From NCBI GenBank assembly GCA_965242725.1, contig CBDESZ010000020.1:1-64000 (forward strand): a DNA stretch of 64,000 nt, in the 5' to 3' direction. The position numbers were made by a program, and so were the translations under genes. Under the pieces are notes generated by a model, which made no database searches, was not told where the DNA came from, and worked only from the letters and a program-made list of their open reading frames with translations. Positions 1 through 10,864 of this stretch are shown piece after piece. This stretch comes from Alkalispirochaeta sp. (GTDB lineage: Bacteria; Spirochaetota; Spirochaetia; DSM-27196; Alkalispirochaetaceae). Within the stretch, counting starts at the first letter, position 1. The number at the start of each line of letters is the position of its first letter.

Positions 1-1
1 C

Positions 2-517
2 GTCGGCAAGACGACACTCCTCGCCCTCCTTGCGGGTGTAATCGTTCCACAGGCGGATCTATCGGTCGGAGTGAACGGGACTCCCGTCCGCCGCGAATGG
101 TATTTCAGGAACCGCGCCTTCTCCCGTGGCGGACGGCATATGAGAATGTTTCCATCGTCGGGCGCCGGTGGAGCGAATGATGTACTCCACATGGTTCACC
201 TTGACGGCGTCGGCGACTCCTATCCCGACCAGCTGAGCGGCGGTATGCGCCAACGTCTCAATCTGGCACGGGCGCTCCACTACGGTTCCGGAGTACTTCT
301 TATTGACGAGCCGTTGTCGGGAGTAGACCAGGCGCATCGGTCGGAGCTGTCGGCAATGCTTGGAGACGTTATCCGTGCCCAGGGACTTACGACGATTATT
401 TCCTCCCACGACCTGGACCTCGTCTATGCGGTCGCGGACAGAATCGTCCTACTTGAAGAACAGCCGGCGGTGATCGCCCTGGATATTGTCCGGGGCGGGA
501 AAGGTTTGGGACGATGA
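2..517 (+). CDS. NitT/TauT-type ABC transporter ATP-binding protein (5' partial, internal compensating frameshifts)
   Basis: Walker A remnant VGKTTLL at window start, signature YPDQLSGGMRQRLNLARAL, Walker B LLIDEP, SSHD H-loop; the Q-loop segment MVFQEPRLLPWRTAYENV (from 97) lies in another frame. Confidence 0.85.
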   Translation, partial: VGKTTLLALLAGVIVPQADLSVGVNGTPVRREWYFRNRAFSRGGRHMRMFPSSGAGGANDVLHMVHLDGVGDSYPDQLSGGMRQRLNLARALHYGSGVLLIDEPLSGVDQAHRSELSAMLGDVIRAQGLTTIISSHDLDLVYAVADRIVLLEEQPAVIALDIVRGGKGLGR

Positions 518-627
518 AGCACGTCGCCAGGTTAAAGAGAGGCTTGAGTCGAGTCGACACACCTTGCGACGCGCCGACACCGGTATCCGTTAGGACCTAT
601 CGGTTCCGTGGAGTCGGCGTAATTCCC

Positions 628-1601
628 TTACCTTCCGGCGGCGATGCTCCATGCCTGGTGAATGTGGGTACCCTGGAAGTCCTCGGGCATCGTCAGTTTG
701 GTAAGCTTCTTGATCTCCCCCCGAGGGGATAGCGGAGCGATTGAAACTGGAAGCGACGTTTGTTTGTGGAAAAGATTATATGTCCGCCGGGGGCCAGCAG
801 TTCCAGAGAGCGGGAAATAAGGGGGACGTGGTCCCGCTGGACATCGAGGGTTCCGTCCATATTCTTTGAGTTTGAAAAGCTCGGAGGATCGAGAACGATT
901 ATGTCAAATCGACGTTCTGATCGCGAAGTCTGTCTATCGTTTCGGTTACGTCACCGCGAAAAAACTCGTGTTCTCCCCCCTGAAGGGCGTTGAGGGCCAT
1001 GTTTTCCTTTGCCCATGACAGATAGGTGTTGGACAGATCGACGGTCAGGGTGGATCGCGCGCCCGCCGCGGCGGCATAGACGGTAAAGCTGCCGGTATAT
1101 GCAAAAGAGATTCAGGAGCCGTTTCCCCCCGTCGCCCCCTTCGCAACGTAGAGCCGGAGATCCCGGTGGTCGAGAAAGAGCCCCGTATCGATATAGTCCG
1201 AGAGGTTCACCTTGAAGAGGAGCCCCCGTTCCTCTACGGTGATTGTGTAGTTTTTCCCGGGTCCCACCGCTTCGTACTGGGACTTTCCCCGTTGCCGCTC
1301 CCGTCGTTTAAAAAAGACGCGTTCCCGCGGCACCGTCAGGGTGCGGGCGGCGGTATCCACCATTCGTTCCAGCCACAGCTCATGCTCTTCATCGGATCTG
1401 TCATGGGGACGTGCGTATTCGGCGATATGGAGGTGTCCGTCGTACCAGTCGACCGCAAAGGGGAGTTCAGGTATGTCCCGGTGGTAGACGCGAAAGGGCC
1501 GTCGTTTCCACCCGTTTGGCGTATTTCCAGAGGTGTTTGAACCGCTTTTTCAGACGGTTGGCGAAAAACTCCTGCTGCTCCCGTGTTTTTGCATCATTCA
1601 T
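628..1601 (-). pseudogene. RlmK/RlmI-like class I SAM-dependent rRNA methyltransferase, frameshifted (likely sequencing errors)
   Basis: Fragments YHRDIPELPFAVDWYDGHLHIAEY, FKVNLSDYIDTGLFLDHRDLR and C-terminal MPEDFQGTHIHQAW spread over several frames. Confidence 0.8.
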
Positions 1602-2289
1602 ACAGAGGCAGGTCCATCACTGTTCGTCGCGGAGGCTCTGGAGTGCGACAAAGCGCTCGTCCTGAAAGCCTCATCTTTACGGAGAGGACGGCATATCCCG
1701 AGGAAAGATCCTCTTTCTGTACCCGCCACGGTCTTGGGAACTTTCAGTTTTACATTGGTGAAGTTCCAGATCGCGGTGATACGCAGGCAACAAGGCGGTC
1801 GGCGATTTCCTGCGCCTCCGTGGAAGGAACGGTCAGCACCGCCAGATCGATCTTTTCTCCTTCAAAATGGTCGGCCAGATTGTCGAGATGAAAAACGGGT
1901 ACCCCGTTTACCTCTCCGCCTATTTTGTCGGGGCTTGTATCAAATGCGGCAACAAAATGAAGTCCGCGACGGGGAAATTCGGCATATCCGATGAGCGCCG
2001 TCCCGAGATGTCCCGCCCCGACAATGACCGCGCGGTGTATGCGATTCCAGTGAAGGAATGTATTTATCGACTCTATCAGATCCCGGACGGGAAAACCGAT
2101 GCGCGGTTTTCCGATGATCCCCGTTATCGCCAGGTCTTTCCGTACCTGAATCGGCTCCAGACCCAGTTCTTCAGCGATAACCGTACCGGAGATAAATTCC
2201 CTGCCGTCATGTGCGGCAGCCTCCACAATATGGAGATATGAGGGTAAGCGCTTTATCGTGGGCAGGCTTGCGAGCTTCATTGGCTTCAT
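1594..2289 (-). pseudogene. rex: Redox-sensing transcriptional repressor Rex, frameshifted near the C-terminus
   Basis: PTIKRLPSYL, IQVRKDLA, VGAGHLGTAL, AVLTVP; AIWNFTNVKL and EDLSSGYAVL continue in other frames. Confidence 0.9.
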
Positions 2290-2347
2290 GTACGATTCTC
2301 CCGGTAAAGTAGCTTTGGGTTAAAAAGTATAGCCCGTGGCGTAGGAA

Positions 2348-3549
2348 ATGGAAAGTGACTCTTCTGTGTACATAGAAAAACTCGTCTCCGGCGGTGAGGG
2401 GCTGGCTCGTGTCGACGGGCGGGCGGTTTTTGTTTCAGGACGTCGTGCCGGGTGATACCGTTACGGGACGACTCGTCCAGGCCAGCCGGAAACGGACAGT
2501 TTCTTACCCGACGTCGTCGTCCACGAACCGGCCGAGGGTCGCCGGAAACCTCCCTGCCGGTATGTTCCCGAATGCGGCGGATGCCGGTGGCAGCACATTG
2601 AAGACGATCTTCAGCGGGTATGGAAACGACGGGATCGTCGGAGAAAAACATCCGTCGTCTCGGGGGAATTGAGATTCCCGACGAATCCATTGCCGTCATA
2701 TGGGGATCTCCCTTTTCCTATCGAAGCCGTATCCGCCTCCATCGCGACGGAAGGGATGTCGGTTTTCACCGTCGTCGGAGTAACGCCGTCATTCCCGTTG
2801 AGGATTGTGCAGGTTGCGACGGAACCCCTGAACGAGGGCGATCGCGGCGATCCGGGACGAGGTCGACCGGGGGTGAGCTGCAACACGTATCGGAAATTAC
2901 ACTCATTGACTCCGGCAACGGCGTGTATCGCAGTGATCGGGACGGTACGGCGGAGTTGATCGTCGCCGGACGGGTATTCAGGTTTGCCTCGGACGGGTTA
3001 TGCCCAGTCAAATCAGTGACCTTCTTGAGCCGATGGGAAGACTGCTTCAGGATGCGGTCAGACCGGGCCGGATTAATCGATCTCTACGCGGGAGCGGGGC
3101 TTCTGCCCTTCCTCATCCTTTCCGGAGCGGGGGAAATAACCTCCCGCCATGTGTGTGGAACCGAGTAACGCCAACGCGCACTATATCGCGGTGAATCTCG
3201 GGAGTGTCGCCCCGGGCGTGGTGGATGTGACGGTACGGGCGACCACCGCGGAGGTTGCGCCTTGCAGGAACCTCTCGACGTGACTCCTCCTCCGGGCGGC
3301 ACGACGACGCTGCTTCTCGATCCTCCCCGCGGCGGATTGAGCAGAAAACGCCCGTGCGGCGCTCATGGGGGTGCTGAAGGAAGCGCCGACCCTTCCCGAT
3401 ATCGTATACCTCAGCTGTGACTCTCCGCCGCACTGGCGAGGGATCTTGCCTTCCTGGACAGCCGGTACACCATAGAGTCCTGCCGGATTCTCGATTTCTT
3501 TCCGCAAACGGCGCATATTGAAGTGCTGACCGTCCTTCGCGGCAGATGA
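2348..3549 (+). pseudogene. rlmD: 23S rRNA (uracil-C5)-methyltransferase RlmD/TrmA family with TRAM domain, multiply frameshifted
   Basis: IEKLVSGGEGLARVDG (TRAM), YRSRIRLH, IDLYAGAGL, YLSCD and LDFFPQTAHIE in different frames. Confidence 0.8.
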
Positions 3550-3557
3550 AGGAGACT

Positions 3558-5131
3558 ATGCGTCGCAACCCGCCCTGTTTGGGCCACACTGGTATTCTTG
3601 TCCACATTTCTGCATTCCCCCGCTTCTCAGGAGTTCAATCGCCCTTCCGGCGTGTCCGCACCGATCTACGTTTCCGGCGTAACGGCGGGAGAACTGACCT
3701 CTCGTCCCTTTGAGTATCGATACGGCGACGGAGAGATCGGTATTGTCACCAACCACGGAAGACCGTCACCTGCGCATTATTTCAAAGAGCGGTGACGTTC
3801 TTTATGAGAAACGGACGGGGATACGATTCCCCCGGGCGGTCTTTCCCGGATCGGGACGGCGTGATCCATATCTACGGCCCTGACGGGGAACATGTGCTCC
3901 TCGGGTGGGGGGAGGAAACACTTCATCTCCGCAGGACGGTCCGGCGAAATCCACCGGCGGTTTCGGACGACGCCGTTGCGGTTACCGCCGATTATCTCGG
4001 CAACGTCTATTATCTGGCACCCCCCACGCGGGTCGGGTACGGCAGTGCCGGTGGATTGCGTCTCTGGGAACGGAGCCTTCCGGCGCCGATTGAGGCGTAC
4101 GTTTCCGACGGAGAGATCCTCTACGCCGCACTCGGAGACGGAGCGCTCTTCGGTTTTTTCCCGGGAGGGGGAAGGGGAGTTGCTTATCCGCCTGCCCGAG
4201 AAGGTCACCGACTTGATCGCCCCCCGGTCCGGAACTTGTTGTCTCGGGGGAATCGGGACGGCGGTATCATCTCGTCTTCAACTCAAGGGCTGCGGGGCGG
4301 CGGGACAGCCTCACCATTGAATCACAGACCGGCGGGGAAGGGCGGAGCCGGTCGGTCGTTGACGAAGCCCGGGAGCTGCCTGCCCGACGGTTACCCCCAT
4401 GACGTTGTCGAAGCGTATGTGATGGATGAGCTTGAATGTGATTTTTGTCGTCCATCCGGAATGGCGCTTTACCATCGTCGAGATGAGAGACACGGTGATG
4501 GACGTCCCCTCCGCGGTCTTCCCGGACGAGCTGGTGAGGGAGTCGTCCCGTTCACCTTCCGCCGGCGGAAGCGCCCTTGAGGCGTACGCGGACACGGTGC
4601 TTGCGGGTATGTCCCGGAACGACCGGAGAACTCTGCTGGAATCTCTTGAGTCGCGAATCCGTGAAGGAAGGATGTACGGGAATGTGGCGGCGGTACGATC
4701 GGTCCTGATCGATCTGGTCGGCGAGAGTCTGGATCGGTCCGGACGATTCGACGACCCGGCAATACGAAGGGACGCGGCACGTCTCCTTGGATTGATTGGT
4801 GACCTTCCCAGCCGCGACGCGCTGTCCCAAGCGGTCCGGTATGACCCTGATGCAACGGTCGTCGCCGCCGCGCTCACCAGCGTGACGTCGACGGGGAAGG
4901 ATGCGCCGGATACCATCATCCACGGATTGCGTCGGTTTGAAACGGGAACGGCCGCGGAACGGCGGGTCATCGGCACGGCTCTGCTCCAGGGCGTTGTCAG
5001 GGTCGTCCCGGACAGGCGGGGGAGGGGACCTTGAAACGTATCGGCGCGTCCTTGCGACCCTTTCCACGGCGGACCTTCCCCGTGAAATTCGGGACCGGGC
5101 GCTATCAATCGGGCGAAGCTGGAACGAATAG
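3558..5131 (+). pseudogene. Exported protein with PQQ-like beta-propeller N-terminus and HEAT-repeat C-terminus, frameshifted
   Basis: AGGAG SD before ATG 3558; propeller-like pieces (DYLGNVYYL, LWERSLPAPI) and HEAT-like IRRDAARLLGLIG in ORFs 3792-4580, 4426-5034 and 4901-5131. Confidence 0.55.
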
Positions 5132-6018
5132 GTCCGTTAGTTCGTTCTCCTGGAACACATAGGTTGTGTTGCAGTTATGACACGTCGTATGGAGCGGCAG
5201 CGGACCGTTCTCGAGGATATCGTCCTTTCTCATTTTGCGGCAGGGCGGCGAGGAACCTGCCGAATCGCTCCTTTGTGCAGCTGCAATAGAACTCCGTTGG
5301 GCGCGTGGAAACGAGGCGGGGCTGCCACGGCGAGAGACAGCGACGGACGAGCTGTACCGCCGTGGATCCTTCAGACAAGTGTCTTCCCATGGGCCGGATC
5401 GCCGTCAGTTCTTCCGCCAGCTTGTCGATCAGCGATAGTTCAGCACCTGGTAAGGATTGCATGATGATACCCGCGGCACCGGTGACCGTTCCTTCTTCGT
5501 TGAAGTGGATATTTATGTCCAGAAATGTCGCGATCTGTTCACTCTCCGCGTAATAGGCGGCGACGTTGTTCGCAAGTGTTCCCGGACGCAGCTCGATTTG
5601 TCCCTGGGCAGGGTGGCGCATCGTTTCGGCATATTTCAGGACGGTTAGCGTCCCCGTACCCCAGAGTCGGGAAAGGTCCTTCCACATCGGTCAGCGGCAC
5701 TTCACCGTTTTTCAGATATCCCCGTACCCGGCCGAGGGCGGTCGGCGTCGACGGAGAGACCCTGTACTATTCCCGAACAATCCACGGACAAACCGAGACG
5801 CTCATCGTTTTTCAGCGTGTTTGCCGCGAGAACCGTCAGCAAATAGGCGTGTCCGAGGACGAGGGTGCCTCCCGGGCCGAGGTGGTGATTGGCGCGCATA
5901 CGATTGACCATTTTCCGTACCGTGGACGATGCTGAGCCGGAATGTACCGTCTGCCAAGCAGAAATGTATCCATGCCGTCGGCGGCAATTTCGGGAGTATT
6001 GTAGGGTTGCTGAATCAT
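5105..6018 (-). pseudogene. hslO: Hsp33 redox-regulated chaperone, frameshifted
   Basis: YYAESEQIATFL, GAAGIIMQSLPGA, zinc motif FYCSC and TCHNCNTTY (frameshifted). Confidence 0.88.
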
Positions 6019-6084
6019 TTTCGATCTTTCCTTCCGTCCGCGTCGATGGTTGACCGCAAGGGCCCTCCCCTTTAGGGTAACAGC

Positions 6085-6665
6085 GTGAAAGTGAGCTCGG
6101 CAAGAGATGGACTGATAAGGCAGGATGGAAGGGTATCGTCGACGATTTCCCGATGAGTCGGCGACAATTGATGATTTTCATTCCCTGAATATCGGCGTGG
6201 CCCGATGCGCTTGACCGGTCACACCGGCCGGGACACCTTACCGCGTCGGCGTGGATAATTGCACCAGCCTATCGCCGGGTTCTTCTATTGCACCACCGGA
6301 AACTCGGAAAATGGCTGCAGCCCGGTGGACATGTCGACGGGGACCCGGATCTGCCCGGGGCGGCTCTCAGGGAAGTGCGCGAAGAGACGGGACTCGTCGA
6401 TCTCGCCGTCGAGGCGGACCTCTTTGATGTGGATATACACCGAATTCCGGCGTATGGAGATACCGACGAACATCTGCACTACGATATCCGGTATCTCATT
6501 ATTCTGGAAAAACTTCGAATGCCGCAGAGAAATGACGAGAGCCACGATGTGCAGTGGATTTCCGTCGATACACTTTCAGGTTATACGACAGAAGAGTCCA
6601 TCCATCGCATGGTCCGGAAGAGCTATCCCCTCTTCCCGTCCTCGTCCGCTGACTCTACGTCGTGA
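6085..6665 (+). CDS. NUDIX hydrolase (N-terminal part frameshifted)
   Basis: Nudix box GGHVDGDPDLPGAALREVREETGL, HHRKLGKWLQPGG, HLHYDIRYL; upstream GHLTASAWII in another frame. Confidence 0.88.
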
Positions 6666-7504
6666 ATCGTTTTGCCGCCGCGGTTCAGTACGGTGGTCGT
6701 CAGGCCCGGTGACAGGCGGTGAAAGAGGTCCAGGACGACGCCTTTCCACACGGTAATCGCCCGTTTCTTTCGTGATACCGATGCCTCTATTATTTTCACG
6801 GCTGCGACGTCCTGGGATTGCATCGCCTTGCGTGAGTGGTGGAAGAGACGTCCGTCGGCGGTGAGGATCTCCTTGTCCGGATCGTTTTCCACAAATCCGA
6901 GATAGACGACACCGGCGGTCCACTCCCGAGGCCGCGTATTCCGCGTTAAATGATTCCGCAAAACGTTCCAGCGCGGCTTTCGCTGCGGAAATAGACTGAA
7001 AATATTCGGAAATCCGTGGAGCGCTCCGACGGTGGAAATAAAGGTGACGTGACCACCGCTTCCCGTCAGAAGGGGCAGGCACGAGCGGGTTATCTGCAAT
7101 GCCGAATGCAGATTGGCGGACACCATCGTAGTGATCGTGTCGGCCGAGAGCTCCCGAATACCACCGCGCATGGAAAGTCCGGCATTGTTGATGAGGATGT
7201 CCAGGCTGCCCCATGTCTCCCGTATGTGGCGGGCAAGTTCGTCCGCCGCGTGAGGATCCGCCACGTCGGCGGGAAAGGCGGACAGAGAGGCGTCGGGGAA
7301 CTCCTCCGCCAGGCGACGCCGGGACTCCGTGAGACGTTCAGGAGACCGGCCGTTGAGAATGACCGTTGCGCCGGCGGAGAGGAGTATACGCGCCGTTTCA
7401 CGACCGATCCCGCGGCTGCTGCCGGTGATCAGCACACGCTTGCCCGACAATCGAGGGAGGTACTTCTTTGGAAGAGTGCGGCGGGATCTGCTGGTTTCAG
7501 TCAT
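6623..7504 (-). CDS. SDR family NAD(P)-dependent oxidoreductase (compensating frameshift over the catalytic region)
   Basis: TGSSRGIG, LINNAG; the SAAKAALERFAESF segment is in the alternative frame (ORF 6576-7214). Confidence 0.85.
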   Translation of the reverse strand: MTETSRSRRTLPKKYLPRLSGKRVLITGSSRGIGRETARILLSAGATVILNGRSPERLTESRRRLAEEFPDASLSAFPADVADPHAADELARHIRETWGSLDILINNAGLSMRGGIRELSADTITTMVSANLHSALQITRSCLPLLTGSGGHVTFISTVGALHGFPNIFSLFPQRKPRWNVLRNHLTRNTRPREWTAGVVYLGFVENDPDKEILTADGRLFHHSRKAMQSQDVAAVKIIEASVSRKKRAITVWKGVVLDLFHRLSPGLTTTVLNRGGKTIHDVESADEDGKRG

Positions 7505-7774
7505 CTTCGCCGCCGTCGGTATAGCCGCTTCTATAGTCTGCGAGCACCTCTTCCGCAAGAACTCGATATCGTCCGACCACGACGCCTCCGTCTGTCATGA
7601 CAATTTCATACTGGGTGAGGGTGCGGTCCCCTTCAACTCGTGATTCTCCCCTGACCTTGACCGTCTCCGTCCCGTTCTGGGATAGAGTCCTGGAACGGGG
7701 TTTCCGTATTTGAGAGTGTGCCATTCATTGTCCAGTTCACTGATCAGCTCACGACGCTGTTCATCAGTTGCCAT
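7497..7774 (-). CDS. Small hypothetical protein (one frameshift joins ORFs 7595-7852 and 7497-7724)
   Basis: GGAGGGG SD before ATG 7774; stop overlaps the SDR start. Confidence 0.5.
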
Positions 7775-7820
7775 AGAGAAGTCCCCTCCGGAGAAACCGA
7801 ACGACCCGACGAATCGGGCG

Positions 7821-8297
7821 TTATAACTCGCCATCGAGATCGTATATATCACTGGGCAGTTCTTCGGTGTTCATCATCGCGGCAATGCGCTGAATCGATG
7901 AGAGAATGAGTGTCTGTTCCCACTCTTCCAGCGCGTTGAATCGTCGCACAAAGGCTTCCTGGAGAAAATTGGGGTGAGATTCAAGGATGCTCCGCGCCTT
8001 GTCGGTAATATCAACATAAACCCGACGTTTGTCCTTTTTGTCACGATTCCTCTGGGCGAGTTCCTTCAATTCCAATCGGTCAAGTATCGTCGTGACCGTT
8101 GCCTGGCTGAGACTGATCCGACGGGCCAGGTCTCCGATCGTCATGGGGCCGTATTGGCCGATTTCACTTATCACGATCAGCTGAGGGCCGGTGAGACCGA
8201 ACTGTTTGGATAGTTTTCGGGAATGAATATCGATTGCCCGTATGATCTGTCGGAGCGTAGACAGAACGTAGGTGCTTGCATCTTGTTTATTCATCAT
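7821..8297 (-). CDS. MarR family transcriptional regulator
   Basis: LRQIIRAIDIHSRKL, GLTGPQL, LSQATVTTILDRLE, DKRRVYV. Confidence 0.92.
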   Translation of the reverse strand: MMNKQDASTYVLSTLRQIIRAIDIHSRKLSKQFGLTGPQLIVISEIGQYGPMTIGDLARRISLSQATVTTILDRLELKELAQRNRDKKDKRRVYVDITDKARSILESHPNFLQEAFVRRFNALEEWEQTLILSSIQRIAAMMNTEELPSDIYDLDGEL

Positions 8298-8595
8298 CTT
8301 GCTCCTTCTTGGTCCCAAAGGGAATCACCTTCCCGGTTTCCACGCCGGCCCCCTCTGTCTTTTTCTTTTGGTATTCTTCAATGAGTTGTACACTTTGAAA
8401 GGGTATCATGAGGTGGTCGGCCCCACCAAATTCCCGCCGCAGCTCGTCACCATCGGGGTCAATAATGACGGCACTGCGCTCTGGAAATATAAGTCCCTTT
8501 ATAGAAACAAAATAGGGATGTGTCATATCCAGCGAACGGGACTCGATAATACGTGTTTTGTCTTTCCAGCTAAAATGAACTCGGTACATTGCCAC
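8287..8595 (-). CDS. DUF1820-like family protein
   Basis: YRVHFSW, VIIDPDGDELRREF and HLMIPFQSVQLIEE pattern; 102 aa. Confidence 0.7.
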   Translation of the reverse strand: MAMYRVHFSWKDKTRIIESRSLDMTHPYFVSIKGLIFPERSAVIIDPDGDELRREFGGADHLMIPFQSVQLIEEYQKKKTEGAGVETGKVIPFGTKKEQDDE

Positions 8596-8653
8596 CCTGT
8601 AACACCTTCATACGTTTGTATATGACACTAAATAATTGTCCGAATATCCCATC

Positions 8654-8688
8654 TTGAAAACTTAACAAATGTATAGTACATTGAGCAC
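8654..8688 (+). promoter_or_regulatory. Sigma70-type promoter of imuABC with overlapping palindrome (operator candidate)
   Basis: TTGAAA(8654-8659)-17 bp-TACATT(8677-8682); palindrome AATGTA-TAG-TACATT (8668-8682); ATG 6 nt after the -10 element, no SD. Confidence 0.65.
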
Positions 8689-9321
8689 ATGCCGCCTCTA
8701 CCGTCACCGGTATCGCCATCGGTTCTGGACATCTCTTCCCGTTTCTTCAGGAGTCCTCCGGCGGGAGGAGACGCTTTTCCCGCCTCCGTCGCGCTGTTTT
8801 CCCGGGCAACGACGCTCTTTGCGGGTGTACTCACGGAGTTGTCCGGCATTGGCGCCAAAAGCGTGGCCGTTGCGGTGGCACGTCAGTTCCTGCGGCGCTA
8901 TGAATCGCCGTTGCCATGGGTCCTCTCAAGAGCCGCCGTTCCCTATGCACCCGATCTGGAGGAGAGCGGTATCGATCTCAATCGCGTTATCTGGATTTCC
9001 CCGGATAATGCGGCGGATATGCGTTATACAATCGACACCCTTCTCGGAAGCGCTCTCTTTCCCGCCGTCTGCGTTGAACTCCGCAACTTTACCGCCCTGA
9101 CGCCGGGGATAATTGCCCGTTTCATGCACCGGGCCCGACATACCGGTACTGCGGTGTTTTTTGTTCTTCCCCGATTTGTCCCGACGCCATCCCCGGCGAT
9201 AGGGTACCACTTTGAAGTGGGCGGAGATACGCCGTTTCAGCGAGATATCATTGTTCATCGCTGCCGCAATCCCATATGGAACGATGAGTGTCATGTCAGT
9301 GCCCCCTCTTTTCTGCTGTAG
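8689..9321 (+). CDS. imuA: ImuA, RecA/SulA-like accessory protein
   Basis: GVLTELSG, PYAPDLEESGIDLNRVIWI; first gene upstream of imuB-dnaE2. Confidence 0.8.
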   Translation: MPPLPSPVSPSVLDISSRFFRSPPAGGDAFPASVALFSRATTLFAGVLTELSGIGAKSVAVAVARQFLRRYESPLPWVLSRAAVPYAPDLEESGIDLNRVIWISPDNAADMRYTIDTLLGSALFPAVCVELRNFTALTPGIIARFMHRARHTGTAVFFVLPRFVPTPSPAIGYHFEVGGDTPFQRDIIVHRCRNPIWNDECHVSAPSFLL

Positions 9322-10864
9322 CATCGCCGATCTTTCGCTGCAGCTGCTTCAGCGCCAAAAGGAGACGAGGAGGGAACACCCCCTGCTCGTTGTCAGTGCC
9401 GACCGCCCCGGTGGGAGAGTGACGGCGTGCAATCTCCCGGCCAGGGAACTCGGGGTGCAGGTGGGAATGCGGTACTCCGAGGCGTTGTCCCTTTCGGAGC
9501 GGATCGTTGCAGGTGTTGTGTCGGCACACGCTCGGAGATACGCCATGGCGGAAATTCGATCAATGCTGGAATCCTTTCTTCCGGCGGTTGAGGCGTGGGA
9601 GCTGTGGGAGAGCGTGTTGTGGGGGGACATGCGCGGCATGGCCCGCCTGGGTGGCGATGCCGCGCAACTGTCACGACGCATAGGGGAGGCGTTGCGGGAC
9701 GGCGACTGGATATGCGGCACCGCCGTCGGATGGACCCGCCCGGGCACCCTTTTTGCCGCACACGCCGTGTGGGACGTCCGCCGGAACGGACGCATTCGAG
9801 CCAGTCGTATCTTTTCTCGCCGGCACGATGAGATTCGATGGTATATGGAGCAGGATGCGGGCACGCTGCCGTTGGACGGCAGGGATCGGGAACGTCTCGG
9901 ACTGCTCGGGATTCGTACCGTATCGGATCTTCTCACGTTGGGTGAAGAGACGTTGTCGGGACGGTTTACCCCCTCCCTTCGCCGGTTTTTTCGTTTTTTG
10001 CGACGTACCGACGACTCCCTTCCCGTGGCAACGTCGCACACAGGTGTCGTTCCTGTCACCATCGCGCGGAGGTATGAGCCGCCGCTCCGCAGCGTGCAGG
10101 GACTCATGGAACGGATAAGAGAGCTTGTCCGGGAAGGGATGAAAGAGATAATCCCGAATGGGTGGTGGGTACGGGGAATTTCCATAACCCTTACCGATGA
10201 TCACGGTGGCGAGGTGCATGAGGAAATTGCCTGCGGACATCCTTCGCGGGACGAGATCTACCTCCTTCGCCTTATCGGGGCGCGTCTGGAGAACGCCCGA
10301 TGGTCGGCTCGGGAAATTCAGAACGTCACCCTTCTTCTGCAGCCGGAGACGCCGTCCTTTCGCCAGGGTACGCTGCAGGGACTCCTGTCTCGCTCCGAGG
10401 AAGCGTCGTTTTCCCTCTCTCCCGATTCCCTGTCGCGTATCCATGAGGTGTTTGCCCTGCTTGGCGCCCGTCTCGGAGAGCACAACGTCTTTCGCATTTT
10501 GCTGCAACCGGCGCGTATTCCGGAGCGCCGCTTCACCCTTGAGGGGGGCGCCGGTACGGGAAGCGAAGGGTGCGGTGTTACGTACCGTCCACAGGAAGGG
10601 GAGGATGAGTCCGCAGAAGCCGGGGAGGACGGCGGAGAAAAGGAAATTGTCGGTGTGCGTACCATACTCACCGGGGGGCCGCAGGTGTGGACCGGGGCGC
10701 TTCCCCCCCGTCTCCGGGGACCCTACGTCCTGACGTCGGAGTGGTGGAACGGGGATATGATGGACCGGCTGTACACCTATAACCGGGAGCGTTCCGGACG
10801 GACGGCATGGCTCTTTCGGCCCGTTGACGGAAAGGAATGGATGGTGCAGGGATGGCTGACCTGA
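9284..10864 (+). CDS. imuB: ImuB, catalytically inactive Y-family polymerase
   Basis: ACNLPARELGVQVGMRYSEA, LGLLGIRTVSDL, C-terminal GPYVLTSEWW and WMVQGW; lacks the Y-family catalytic acidic motifs. Confidence 0.88.
   Translation: MSVMSVPPLFCCSIADLSLQLLQRQKETRREHPLLVVSADRPGGRVTACNLPARELGVQVGMRYSEALSLSERIVAGVVSAHARRYAMAEIRSMLESFLPAVEAWELWESVLWGDMRGMARLGGDAAQLSRRIGEALRDGDWICGTAVGWTRPGTLFAAHAVWDVRRNGRIRASRIFSRRHDEIRWYMEQDAGTLPLDGRDRERLGLLGIRTVSDLLTLGEETLSGRFTPSLRRFFRFLRRTDDSLPVATSHTGVVPVTIARRYEPPLRSVQGLMERIRELVREGMKEIIPNGWWVRGISITLTDDHGGEVHEEIACGHPSRDEIYLLRLIGARLENARWSAREIQNVTLLLQPETPSFRQGTLQGLLSRSEEASFSLSPDSLSRIHEVFALLGARLGEHNVFRILLQPARIPERRFTLEGGAGTGSEGCGVTYRPQEGEDESAEAGEDGGEKEIVGVRTILTGGPQVWTGALPPRLRGPYVLTSEWWNGDMMDRLYTYNRERSGRTAWLFRPVDGKEWMVQGWLT

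Noticed and set aside
514..732. 72-aa ORF after the ABC ATPase
   Set aside because: No motif, and it overlaps the 3' end of the opposite-strand methyltransferase gene.
1..7780. Programmed frameshifting or a phase-variable locus
   Set aside because: Too many unrelated genes are affected, and no shared slippery motif was seen.
7821..8297. MarR as the ectoine regulator EctR
   Set aside because: It resembles that subfamily, but no ect genes are in the window, so it cannot be assigned.
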